From an uncultured Fidelibacterota bacterium (GTDB taxonomy: Bacteria; Fidelibacterota; Marinisomatia; Marinisomatales; UBA1611): a stretch of 46,093 nucleotides of DNA. Under the pieces are notes generated by a model. It had not been told where the DNA came from, ran no database searches, and was given only the letters and a program-made list of their open reading frames with translations. Location of the stretch: assembly GCA_913040915.1 (NCBI GenBank), contig CAJWHW010000014.1, forward strand, positions 1 through 46,093. The letters run 5' to 3'. The position numbers and the translations under genes are program-made. Within the stretch, counting starts at the first letter, position 1; every line of letters begins with the position of its first letter. This document shows positions 1 through 9,920 of the stretch, in pieces.

Positions 1-3000
1 GTTTCTTTACCATTTTTTTCTGTTTCACCTGCAAGATAAGTGGTATCGGTCAATAGAAAATTCATCGAAAAATAATCATTTGTCTTGTCTAAAAATGTTG
101 AACGATCTAAATCTTCTGTATCTGGGTATTTACCACCCTCTTGAATTTTCGAACCGGTGCCATTACCCTCTGTTCCATTTATTTTAGAATAATTATTAAT
201 ATCATTTTGATCATAATACCAATTATCACCATTAGGGTCTTCATCATCCACATCGCTGGAGGCATTAATCATTTCTGTCTCTCCAGCAGAAAGAAAATCT
301 GAATAAGTTCCGCCTTCTAGGCAGCCACCCCAACCATTTTCATAATCATCAAAGCATCCATCCAAACCAGTATCTTCATCATCTTCTAAAAATCCGTTAC
401 CAAGCGATAGACCTGCTCCAGGAATATCTTCTGTATTTAATATGCCATTCCCATCCATATCTTCGGATATTTTACCCAAATTTAAATGAAGTCGCCCGGA
501 AGTTCCTCTAAGCCATATTTCAAAAAATTTACTTTGTGTTTGATCATAATCACCGGAATATAAAGATGTAGTTACACCTACCCATGTAGAGTCTGGATTA
601 GTATTACGTTGATGTATTTTAGATTTATATCGTAAAACCATCACATCTGTTGTTTCATTTCCTGCTCGCAAAGAAGTGGATTGGTTAGGCCATATATCCC
701 GAGTACGGTAAGGGACGTAAGGATTGTACCAAATCATACTACCACGATTCCTTTGATTGTATTCAAAGCTAAATTCATTCAAATCTTTATTATAAAACAA
801 TGGTGCAGAAGACGCTTTCCAAAACCGTCTTTGAATAGAAGGTGATGTTGTACGTTTACTCCCTTCAAAATCATCAATAAAGGCTACACCATTGGGATCT
901 CCCGTTTCTGGATTACTGATTGAGTTTGGGTTTGGCATTACCTGGGCAACCTCTCCTTCTAAAGAAAAAGATGATAATTTATCTGCTTCAATCAGTGGTA
1001 ATCTATCTAATACTCTAGTTATTCCTTCCATTTCCCATTCGTAACGACCATTCAAATCCCAGATAAAGTTTCTAGTTGGCTCATATCCGACTTCAACTTT
1101 TTCATTAATAATTGATTGATTGAAATAAAGTGCCGTAAACCCAATGAAGGAATTTTTCTGTCCCAAGTCCATTTGAGCCCTGGTTCCAAATATAGTTTTT
1201 TTATCAAAAGAGACTAATTCATGCTTATCATAATTGATTTTAAGTTTAGCATTAGGGTCATTGGCTGCATTGCCTAAAAGAACAATAGTTCCTGTAAAAT
1301 AATCAATATTATAATCCTGTCCGCGTTTTAGAGTAACACCGTTTTGGATTACTTCTTCACTGTTTTCCACTAACATAAATCCTAAATTAATTGTAGAACT
1401 TTGATTCGTGTAAGCTGCTTCTATCATCCATCGATGATCTGCATTTAGCTCTGAAGATACTGAAGATGTATAAAGTACACCAGATCCCAGCTGGTCTTTT
1501 AACTCATTTGACTTGTTACCTCCTTCAAGAGAATCACCTCTAGCAAATGGATGTAAGTGGGGGAACAAAAGCTCACCATCTACCATATTCATAATATTTG
1601 CCATATCTTTATCAATGATTTCATCATAATTACGCTGGCCATTTTCATCTGTACTATCCAAACCAAATAAAGTAATATAAGGAATACTGGTTTTTCTATC
1701 CCGTTCTGTCACAGGGGTAGCATTTTTATTATAAATCTGTACATCAAAACCATCAGGGTTAATTTGTGAAGTTCCCAAATAATATACATTCTTGAACATA
1801 AGAGGCCAGGTAGAATGATTAGGGTGACTATTCCGGGGTTTAAGCATCATCAAGGATAAATTAGTGCCTAGTGAATCAGGGGCCGTACCAACCTTCATAA
1901 TTGTTACACCTGTCGAACGGTCTGCTAGAACAAATGTACACCCAAGGATATCCTGAGAAACTTGCTCCCTTACACGAATAAATCCTAAATCCGGATTTAT
2001 AAAATAATTTGTTCCCTGCTCCAAACGGATGAAACTCCCTTCTTCAATTTCATCAATGTAAGTTGTATCATTAGGATTTTCGGGATCAATAAATGCCGTA
2101 CCAGTTATAGCATCAGCATCATTAGTATTGATAGATTTGTAAAGTTCAAAGTTTTTTATAACAACATTACCTATGGAATGAAGGCCATTTTTTAAGGGGT
2201 AAAAGGATGGAATAGAGACTAATCTTATTTGATCATCAAAAATCACTGTAGTATCTATACCATTACGAAAAGCAGGATGAATAAAAAAGTATCTGTTCTT
2301 AATCCAGTCCACATCCCTGATTTGTTGTTTACTACTTTGTCCTCCACCTTCCCACTCTGATTGCTCTTTTTTAGTTTTTTCAATAGAAGCAATAGTCGTG
2401 ATATCTACAGGGCCTAATTTTGAGATTGCTTTAACACCGAATAGACCCTGATTCTTTCCGGAAAATGTGACATATTTTGTTGAAGGTAAAGATAATGAGA
2501 TATTACCGGCTTCTACATTTTGTACAATATCATCTTCATGTCCTTTGTATGAAATGCGAATATTATTTTCCCAATCAAAATCACGCTCCGAATCCTGATC
2601 CATAGCTACGGTAATTCGGTCTCCTATCTTTCCTTGAATATTTAGATTTTGCTTTTGATCAAATTCTAAATGTGTGTTTTGGGTTTGATTCAAAGTAGAG
2701 CGAACCAATTCCTGATCTTGAAAAACCATTTTTCCATTAATATTCACATTACCACTAACCTGAAGTGATGCGCGACCAAGCCTGCCGATATCCATACCTA
2801 CTACTTCTATCATTTGCCCCCTACGGCTGGTTTTATCATCTTTCGCATCCTTTTGCATCCTTTCCAAAAATGTTTTATGCCAAGCTTGCTGTTGAAACAT
2901 TTTAAGGTACCATTGTACAGAAGCAGTGAAAGGTATCTGAACTTTTTCTCCATCTACAGTTTCCGAAATAGTAATGACTTGCCAGTCCCAAGATAATTCA

Positions 3001-3275
3001 ATATCTGTTTTCCTGCGAGAGAAAGGAAAGGAAATGATTCCAATCGGTGTGGAGATTGTATCTAAGGGTTGTACTAATGTTTTTAGTCTCCTTGGAAATG
3101 GATCAATTACGTAAGGAGATGAGGGTATGTAGGTGGGCAGTAAAATTTGAGAAGGACCATCTATAGCTACGGTATCAATGTCCTGTGCATACAGTATTCC
3201 AAGATATAGGAATCCTAGTAAACCAATTTGGAATAACCGGTTTGAAAATTTTTGATATTTTTTTAAAGTGCTCAA
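1..3275 (-). CDS. sprA: Type IX secretion system outer-membrane translocon SprA/Sov homolog (3' end beyond left edge; >1090 aa visible)
   Basis: Not in ORF track because there is no stop inside the window. Manual translation from TTG at 3275 (in-frame TAA just upstream at 3288-3290): signal-peptide-like MSTLKKYQKFSNRLFQIGLLGFLYLGILYA-QD, then SprA-like motifs EFDQKQNLNIQGKIGDRITVAMDQDSERDFDWENNIRISYKGHEDDIVQNVEAGNISLSL..GLFGVK, LHLNLGKISED, DPNGDNW, NGTEGNG, PDTEDLD. Both ends are in the same frame. Confidence 0.9.
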   Translation of the reverse strand, partial: MSTLKKYQKFSNRLFQIGLLGFLYLGILYAQDIDTVAIDGPSQILLPTYIPSSPYVIDPFPRRLKTLVQPLDTISTPIGIISFPFSRRKTDIELSWDWQVITISETVDGEKVQIPFTASVQWYLKMFQQQAWHKTFLERMQKDAKDDKTSRRGQMIEVVGMDIGRLGRASLQVSGNVNINGKMVFQDQELVRSTLNQTQNTHLEFDQKQNLNIQGKIGDRITVAMDQDSERDFDWENNIRISYKGHEDDIVQNVEAGNISLSLPSTKYVTFSGKNQGLFGVKAISKLGPVDITTIASIEKTKKEQSEWEGGGQSSKQQIRDVDWIKNRYFFIHPAFRNGIDTTVIFDDQIRLVSIPSFYPLKNGLHSIGNVVIKNFELYKSINTNDADAITGTAFIDPENPNDTTYIDEIEEGSFIRLEQGTNYFINPDLGFIRVREQVSQDILGCTFVLADRSTGVTIMKVGTAPDSLGTNLSLMMLKPRNSHPNHSTWPLMFKNVYYLGTSQINPDGFDVQIYNKNATPVTERDRKTSIPYITLFGLDSTDENGQRNYDEIIDKDMANIMNMVDGELLFPHLHPFARGDSLEGGNKSNELKDQLGSGVLYTSSVSSELNADHRWMIEAAYTNQSSTINLGFMLVENSEEVIQNGVTLKRGQDYNIDYFTGTIVLLGNAANDPNAKLKINYDKHELVSFDKKTIFGTRAQMDLGQKNSFIGFTALYFNQSIINEKVEVGYEPTRNFIWDLNGRYEWEMEGITRVLDRLPLIEADKLSSFSLEGEVAQVMPNPNSISNPETGDPNGVAFIDDFEGSKRTTSPSIQRRFWKASSAPLFYNKDLNEFSFEYNQRNRGSMIWYNPYVPYRTRDIWPNQSTSLRAGNETTDVMVLRYKSKIHQRNTNPDSTWVGVTTSLYSGDYDQTQSKFFEIWLRGTSGRLHLNLGKISEDMDGNGILNTEDIPGAGLSLGNGFLEDDEDTGLDGCFDDYENGWGGCLEGGTYSDFLSAGETEMINASSDVDDEDPNGDNWYYDQNDINNYSKINGTEGNGTGSKIQEGGKYPDTEDLDRSTFLDKTNDYFSMNFLLTDTTYLAGETEKNGKE

Positions 3276-3303
3276 GTTCAGTCTTGATTAAACTGATATC
3301 GCT

Positions 3304-3924
3304 TTACTCGATAATATCTCCTTTATCAAAATAAGTTTTTAAAGATTTTTTCATTTTTTCTAGACCCTGAGCTCTATGACTAACCTTGTTCTTTTCAACA
3401 GAAGTCATTTCTGCAAATGTTCTTTTTTCATGCTCAGGTACAAAAACAGGATCATAGCCAAAACCTTCCTTTCCAGTTGATCTTTTTGTAATATTTCCTT
3501 TTATGACACCTTCTGTCCAGAGTTCCGTATTTCCATCCACAAAAGAAATAATAGTTCTGAAATGCGCAGTTCTTTTTTCCAAAGGTATTTCGCCCAATTC
3601 AGTTAATAGTTTTTTTACATTATCTTTAAAAGTTGCTCTCTCACCGGCAAAACGCGCTGAATAAACACCTGGAGCTCCATTTAATGCATCTACCTCCAAT
3701 CCAGTATCATCAGCCAATGATGGTAGCCCAGTAAAATTATGAACCGTTCTTGCTTTTAAAAATGCGTTTTCAATAAGCGTAGTGCCTGTTTCTTTTATAT
3801 CACCTATATCCGGAAAATGATCTAGTCCCACAATATTTACATCCAATTCCGCCAAAAGTCGATTCATTTCTTTTCTTTTATAAATATTATGAGTTGCTAA
3901 AACTAAAGTTTTCCGACGGGACAT
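3304..3924 (-). CDS. rdgB: Non-canonical purine NTP pyrophosphatase (RdgB/HAM1)
   Basis: LATHN..K, ADDTGLEVDALNGAPGVYSAR, GFGYDPVF and SHR motifs. ATG at 3924 preferred over TTG at 3930. Confidence 0.95.
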   Translation of the reverse strand: MSRRKTLVLATHNIYKRKEMNRLLAELDVNIVGLDHFPDIGDIKETGTTLIENAFLKARTVHNFTGLPSLADDTGLEVDALNGAPGVYSARFAGERATFKDNVKKLLTELGEIPLEKRTAHFRTIISFVDGNTELWTEGVIKGNITKRSTGKEGFGYDPVFVPEHEKRTFAEMTSVEKNKVSHRAQGLEKMKKSLKTYFDKGDIIE

Positions 3925-4012
3925 GATCAATGAAACACCACCTAAAAATGACGAGAAACCTATAAGTAATGCAGGGATGAAACAAGAGATAGTTCATTCC
4001 AAGATTTTTCAA

Positions 4013-4043
4013 TTTGTTTTGATAAAACGCTCCGGTAATTTTG
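4013..4043 (+). promoter_or_regulatory. Putative promoter of tRNA-Phe (TTTG-N19-TAATTTTG)
   Basis: Matches the Bacteroidota -33/-7 consensus TTTG-N19-21-TAnnTTTG, 34 nt upstream of the tRNA. Can also be read as a sigma70 TAATTT -10. Confidence 0.5.
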
Positions 4044-4077
4044 CGCCGCTTTTTTAAAGCGTACCCAACCCTAACGT

Positions 4078-4150
<73 letters not shown>

Positions 4151-4275
4151 CTTCTTAATAAAACCGCTACTAAATCGAATTACTGATTTTAAACCGAGTT
4201 TCACAAATATTTTATTTTTGTAAAAAAACCAGTATACAATCAACGAAGAATCTCCTACATTTTCTATTATTTATT

Positions 4276-7200
4276 ATGAAAAGATTAATACCACTTCTAT
4301 TTATTTATTTTTTTGTGAAGGGCGAAATTGTTTATGAATCTGGTAACCTAATTGAGTTTTTTGGTGGTACTGCTCCTGGAAGTACTTATGATAACTGGGT
4401 CAGTCACGTAACAGAAGGTATCGCACGTGAAGATTATAACGATTATGGCCCTAATTGGCTGGATGTACAAACCAACGGTTTCGGAAATTATAAACAATTA
4501 AATCCAGATTCTCCTATTTTAGATTATTGGGAATCTATTTTTTCTTCATTTATTGTTGGGGATACCACAATAGTTGATTCCCTACTCCAGGATTCTCTGA
4601 CATCTTTTTATTATGATTTAGTTATTTTTGAAGATACTTCCTTAAACAAAACCTTTCATCTTCTTCGCGAACAAATTGATTCTGTATTTGTTGACACAAA
4701 CCAAATTCATATTGAAGATGATGATGTAATTGGTGGTTTTCGAAATAGTTGGGGGCTTTACATAATTAACCCTGATGCTAGACGTGAACAGGTGATTATA
4801 CAAGTGCCTCATCCCTGCGACGATTTTATTGCACCATATGTTGCCATGGACCTTTTTCTTGAAATTGATGCATTTAGTTTTATGATTAATGGTGCAGGAC
4901 GCGAAGTCGCCTGGACAGAAGAAGGAACATATACAAATAGCAAATCGCTATCGGACCCATCGAGATATAAACATACCCTTTTCCAAAAATTCCATGAGAT
5001 TGTAACCGAACCGTTGATAAATATCCAACCTCATTGGCCACTTGTATTTGCTATCCATAGTTTTGATAATGCTTCTCACTCGACTAGAAATTCAGTTATT
5101 CTGGCTGCAGGAGCATCTAACTTAAATACAAATAAACCTATTCGGGACATTTCGGAAGACCATTTTGATATTATCAATTTTACCGAAGAATATCCTATAC
5201 CTGCAGGACAATTCTCTAATCCTGAGCCATTACATGTCATACATTATTATGAGGCAAACTATGATTATGAGTTTTTCTATGATAATGGGACAGAACAATT
5301 TCCTGTACATGAATCCACCAGTTTAAATGGTATACAAAACGGCTATCAGATGGTTCACCTTCAAGATCTGGTTAGTGGACTTTCCGTTTATGAACCATGG
5401 GTGCAAGTGGAGATGGATGAGAAACCAATGCTATTCGATAATAACAATCTATCTGATGAGCTAGTTTACTCTCAAGGTATTTATCCAACGAACGTCCATA
5501 ACTTCACAATGGTTCGTGATTATTATCAACCCTTCATTCAGGCCGTTGAGCAATATCTTTTACATTGGGAAACGAGCACGGATTTGACACCCCCAGATTC
5601 AATAGAGTACTTCATGGCCTACAATATGGAATATGGTAATTTGGTTTATCTCACATGGTCGCCTGCATTTGATACCAATTTTAAGACATATGAAATTCAG
5701 TTGGCTGAAGATTCAATAATGTATGATTCTCCAATATTAGATTTATCTGATTATCCATCATTACAATTTATGCGGGATGATGAACAAATTGTGTCCATTT
5801 ATAATGATAATGATCCTTGGTTATTTAGAATTCGAGCACGTGATTATTTTAATAATGTAGGTCCATGGTCTATAACTGTCCCAAATATACTGCCCGGGCA
5901 TAGCCCACCTGACACAATATTATTTTTTGATGAAAATACGGAAATTTTGAGCATCTATGATGAAGATATAGACCAAAATGATTATTCAATTGATACATTA
6001 ATGACGATGCCCGGGTTGAGCCCAACTCTTGCCCTTTACGGCAATACTTGGAAGGTGATACAGATTGAGCCATTTTTTCCAGAGACAACAACTATTCTCC
6101 AATTCTTTGCGCAAATTGACAGTATTTCTGAAATCCAGGCCATAGGTTTTTCAGATGGAGAAAAACATCTGCGATATTCTTTGGCAGGGACAGAAACTCT
6201 GGACATAGAAAAATGGATTCCTGTTTACCAAGGCTCAGGAATAGAAAATGTATGGCGTTCTTACGAAATTCCCATAGGGACAGATTGGTTAGCATGGTAT
6301 GATTCTCTATCTCCTATAAATAAAATTGAGTTTATAAATGACCACGGTGACACTGCACATGCTCCAGGGAGTATCCATTACAGTATGATCCTAGATTTAT
6401 CACCTGATTTACCTATTGCTCCAACTGTTTTAATTGATTATTCAACAGATGACCTAAGGATTGAAAACAACCAGGAAACCATGTCATTTATATTCACATG
6501 TACAGTTATTGATTCAGATTCATACAATTTTAAATATCTATGGGAATTTGGTGATGGCGGTACATCTGAAAATAAAAACCCCACGCATGACTATGTTATT
6601 GAAGATGACCACGAGTATGCTGTAATTCTTACAGTAGAAGATGAAACAGGATTACAAGGCTGGGCAACAACTGTAATTCAAATCGATGACGGAGAATCTT
6701 CTTTTCCTCTTACCATGAATTTTGTTGGTGATATAATGATGGGAAGAAGATTTGAGGATGAAAATGGGATTATAACAAATCAGGGAGTGAATGCTCTTTT
6801 TGAACCAACATACGAAATTCTAGGAGCAGCAGCAGATATTACAATAGCAAATCTCGAAATACCTTTATCTGATCAGGGGTCACCTCACCCAACTAAAAGT
6901 ATTGTCTTTCGCTCTTCTCCATCAAATGTTGGTGGATTGATTTATGGTGGAATTGATGTAGTATCTCTAGCAAATAATCATATTTTGGATTTTATGGAAC
7001 CTGGTATGATCCAGACACAAAACTTGCTGGATGAAGTAGGAATTCGCCATTCCGGCGCAGGGATGAATAGCTACGAGGCATATTTACCTGCTATTTTGTC
7101 TCGCAAAGGTCAGACCATTGCTTTCCTTGCATCTAGTGATAGAACCGGACAATATAACAATTACCAGCCTTATTTAAATGCCGGTGAAAACAAACCCGGC

Positions 7201-9030
7201 TTTGCTTACATGACGCCCTATTATCTGAAACAACAGATCCAGTCTGTAAGAGATTTTACAGATTTGTTAGTCGTTGAGATGCATGCTGGAAGTGAGTATT
7301 CCTATGCTCCAGGTTCTGATTATGATTTCTTTGATTATCCAGGTGGGTTTTCCGCCATGCGTATTAATCCTGCGAGTACAGTAGGCTATGAGCTAGATCC
7401 ATTGGTTGGTCTGGAAGAAGAAGATTATTCACCGCGGTTGGATAGGCCTCAAATGTGGGATCGTTCCATTCGCCAGTTCGCTATTGACGAAGGTGCAGAT
7501 GCAGTCATTGTTCATCACCCTCATATCATTCAAGGAGTAGAAGTGTATAAAGGGAAAATAATTGCACATTCACTAGGAAATTTTATTTTTGATCTGAATT
7601 ATCCTGAAACCTATCCATCTATTATCTTAAATGCTGAAGCGGATGAATCAGGATTCTATTCCTATTCTATTACACCTCTTTATATTGATGATTACTTAAC
7701 TGTTCCTGCCAAAGGAGAACTTGCTAATTATATTCTGGATTACATTGCTATGCGATCCAGAGAATTGGATACATATGTTCATGTAGATTCTGATAATCAT
7801 TTAGCAACGGTTATAATGGATTCAACTACTCTTCAGATCCAAATACTGGATTATATAGTGCAATTGAGAGATACAAAACAGTTCCAGTTCAATGAGCAGG
7901 CTTACTTTAAATCCGATCCAATTCCAATAGCTGAAGCCGGCAGTATTTCAGAAATAATGAGTGGATATCATCATATCACTCATTATCGATTAGGACGTGA
8001 AAAAATTTGGATGAAAAATTTTGAAAATGAAGGTAGTACCCTTTGGAATTTTAACAGTGAAAGTGAATTCATTGATGATTCTGTGTACCGCCGTGGCGGA
8101 GAAGCTGCAGTTCAAATCCGGCAAGAAAGTTCATCAGAAAATGTGATTACAAATTTAGAGAACAGAGTTCCTTTTAAAAACGAACTCGAACATACAATTC
8201 ATGGATTTATAAAAACTCATAATGCGAAAGATGCAACATTACAATTAAGGCTAGCTGAGAGCAGAAGCGATGAGAGTTTGATGACTGTATCATTAGATGA
8301 TTCTGTTCAAGAAGAGATGGACTGGCACTATTACTGGGGATTGGCACCAACCCATGAAGATGCCAATTTCTTTGATATACGGATGAGTTCCAGTCCGCCC
8401 GATTCCGGTCAATCACAAGTCTGGTTTGATGATGTGGGTTTAATTGAATGGGACAGTTTACAATCTTTTACCGATTTACCCATCTCAGTAACACACCCCA
8501 ATGATTATAATTATATTCAGATTTATTTTACTCAAACACAAATGGGACCTATAAATGTTCAAATAAGGAATGATATCATTGGTGATTTAGGGCCTTTAAC
8601 GGCCCGACCAAAGGCTGTTAAAACAAATATCACAGTACCAGGAAAATTTCATTTATATGATGAATCAATCGGCCCTGTTGGTAATAGAAATTGGAATTTT
8701 ATCGATGAAATTGGCGGAAATGGTAGAACACCTGTTTTTTACTGTGAAGAACCGGGAATTTATGAATTATCTCTAACTGTTACCGGTCCAAACGGGACTG
8801 AAGACACTGGTTATTTGACAGTTGTTGGCCTGGCAGAAGATGTAGAACAACACAGTATAGGTGACGTCAATGGCGATGGTAGTTTAACTGCAGTTGATGT
8901 GATGCTCTGTATCAATTTCCTGTTAAAACTGATTGAACTTGAACCAGAAGAATTTTTGGCAGCAGATGTGGATGGAAATGGAATAATTGAAATTTATGAT
9001 GCATTACTTATTTCTGATTTATTTAACTAG
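4276..9030 (+). CDS. Large secreted multidomain protein: putative Zn-hydrolase domain, FN3-like, jelly-roll, PKD, CapA/PGA_cap metallophosphatase, CBM-like, PKD, type I dockerin
   Basis: Signal peptide; PKD motif YLWEFGDG; CapA motifs FVGDIMMGR, ANLE, SLANNHILDF, EMHAGSEY, HHPHIIQGVE, HSLGNFIFD; C-terminal duplicated dockerin GDVNGDGSLTAVD...ADVDGNGIIEIYDAL. Confidence 0.85.
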   Translation: MKRLIPLLFIYFFVKGEIVYESGNLIEFFGGTAPGSTYDNWVSHVTEGIAREDYNDYGPNWLDVQTNGFGNYKQLNPDSPILDYWESIFSSFIVGDTTIVDSLLQDSLTSFYYDLVIFEDTSLNKTFHLLREQIDSVFVDTNQIHIEDDDVIGGFRNSWGLYIINPDARREQVIIQVPHPCDDFIAPYVAMDLFLEIDAFSFMINGAGREVAWTEEGTYTNSKSLSDPSRYKHTLFQKFHEIVTEPLINIQPHWPLVFAIHSFDNASHSTRNSVILAAGASNLNTNKPIRDISEDHFDIINFTEEYPIPAGQFSNPEPLHVIHYYEANYDYEFFYDNGTEQFPVHESTSLNGIQNGYQMVHLQDLVSGLSVYEPWVQVEMDEKPMLFDNNNLSDELVYSQGIYPTNVHNFTMVRDYYQPFIQAVEQYLLHWETSTDLTPPDSIEYFMAYNMEYGNLVYLTWSPAFDTNFKTYEIQLAEDSIMYDSPILDLSDYPSLQFMRDDEQIVSIYNDNDPWLFRIRARDYFNNVGPWSITVPNILPGHSPPDTILFFDENTEILSIYDEDIDQNDYSIDTLMTMPGLSPTLALYGNTWKVIQIEPFFPETTTILQFFAQIDSISEIQAIGFSDGEKHLRYSLAGTETLDIEKWIPVYQGSGIENVWRSYEIPIGTDWLAWYDSLSPINKIEFINDHGDTAHAPGSIHYSMILDLSPDLPIAPTVLIDYSTDDLRIENNQETMSFIFTCTVIDSDSYNFKYLWEFGDGGTSENKNPTHDYVIEDDHEYAVILTVEDETGLQGWATTVIQIDDGESSFPLTMNFVGDIMMGRRFEDENGIITNQGVNALFEPTYEILGAAADITIANLEIPLSDQGSPHPTKSIVFRSSPSNVGGLIYGGIDVVSLANNHILDFMEPGMIQTQNLLDEVGIRHSGAGMNSYEAYLPAILSRKGQTIAFLASSDRTGQYNNYQPYLNAGENKPGFAYMTPYYLKQQIQSVRDFTDLLVVEMHAGSEYSYAPGSDYDFFDYPGGFSAMRINPASTVGYELDPLVGLEEEDYSPRLDRPQMWDRSIRQFAIDEGADAVIVHHPHIIQGVEVYKGKIIAHSLGNFIFDLNYPETYPSIILNAEADESGFYSYSITPLYIDDYLTVPAKGELANYILDYIAMRSRELDTYVHVDSDNHLATVIMDSTTLQIQILDYIVQLRDTKQFQFNEQAYFKSDPIPIAEAGSISEIMSGYHHITHYRLGREKIWMKNFENEGSTLWNFNSESEFIDDSVYRRGGEAAVQIRQESSSENVITNLENRVPFKNELEHTIHGFIKTHNAKDATLQLRLAESRSDESLMTVSLDDSVQEEMDWHYYWGLAPTHEDANFFDIRMSSSPPDSGQSQVWFDDVGLIEWDSLQSFTDLPISVTHPNDYNYIQIYFTQTQMGPINVQIRNDIIGDLGPLTARPKAVKTNITVPGKFHLYDESIGPVGNRNWNFIDEIGGNGRTPVFYCEEPGIYELSLTVTGPNGTEDTGYLTVVGLAEDVEQHSIGDVNGDGSLTAVDVMLCINFLLKLIELEPEEFLAADVDGNGIIEIYDALLISDLFN

Positions 9031-9215
9031 TTTTTTTCAATTTCACAAAATTTGAATTTCATTCCATGCAATATTTTAAAAAGTCTAGAAACTTCATGGG
9101 GGGAATATCCTAGTATCAAGTTGCTCAAAATAGTCCTATTTAAAAACCATCCTTTAAATCTGCAGTAATCATAATCACCTTTATAGATGAATAATATTCT
9201 TCATTAAACCAAAGG

Positions 9216-9860
9216 CTATGGTTTATCTATGTATGATAAAAATTCCATCAACCCAGAGACTACTTTTCTTTTTGTAGTTACCAACCGTTGCCGGTTTACA
9301 TGTCCATTATCTACCAATACACAATCAATATCCATCGCTTCAGCAACATCACTGTCATGAATTGTATCACCTATCATAACAACCTCACTAGGATCATAAT
9401 CCAGCTCATTTATCCATTTCAGGCCAAGAGCTTTCTTACCGGTGGCATACTGATTATCAATGCCCATTACTTTTATAAAAAATCTGGATAAATTATGATT
9501 CTGAATCCAATCTAATAAAAAATCATTTTTTCCTGCAGACAAAACCGATTGAGTAATTCCGCTTTGTTCTAATTTCTCTAAAACATGAAGAGCATCCTGA
9601 TGTAAGTCAACTTTGTAAAAATTTTCACCATAATAAGCTACAAATTCATCCCCAGCTACATGGAAAGGTTCTTTTGTAAAATCAAATCCAACACTTTTAT
9701 AATAATTTTCAACGGGAAAACAAAAAACTGTCTGATACTTTTCTTCTGTTATTATATCAAGGTTTCGCTTTTTCAGCGCGTGATTAATTGCTTCTACACA
9801 GAGCCAGCGATCATCTAACAGTGTACCGTTCCAATCCCAAATAATGTGTTTGTATTTCAT
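9216..9860 (-). CDS. HAD-superfamily phosphatase (phosphoglycolate phosphatase-like)
   Basis: IIWDWNGTLLDD motif I variant, LSA motif II, MIGDTIHD motif IV. ATG at 9860 is the likely start. Confidence 0.88.
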   Translation of the reverse strand: MKYKHIIWDWNGTLLDDRWLCVEAINHALKKRNLDIITEEKYQTVFCFPVENYYKSVGFDFTKEPFHVAGDEFVAYYGENFYKVDLHQDALHVLEKLEQSGITQSVLSAGKNDFLLDWIQNHNLSRFFIKVMGIDNQYATGKKALGLKWINELDYDPSEVVMIGDTIHDSDVAEAMDIDCVLVDNGHVNRQRLVTTKRKVVSGLMEFLSYIDKP

Positions 9861-9920
9861 AAAATAAACAGTGGAAAAGTTCGGGCAGTTCAATTAAAAA
9901 AAGGATAATTTTTCTTCCTT

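Noticed and set aside
2814..2996. 60-aa plus-strand ORF
   Set aside because: Antisense shadow inside sprA.
6715..7700. Poly-gamma-glutamate capsule biosynthesis locus
   Set aside because: Only a CapA-family domain is present; no capB/capC in the window, and CapA domains are widespread without capsule synthesis.
8860..9027. Classical cellulosome
   Set aside because: No glycoside hydrolase or multi-cohesin scaffoldin visible; a dockerin alone is insufficient.
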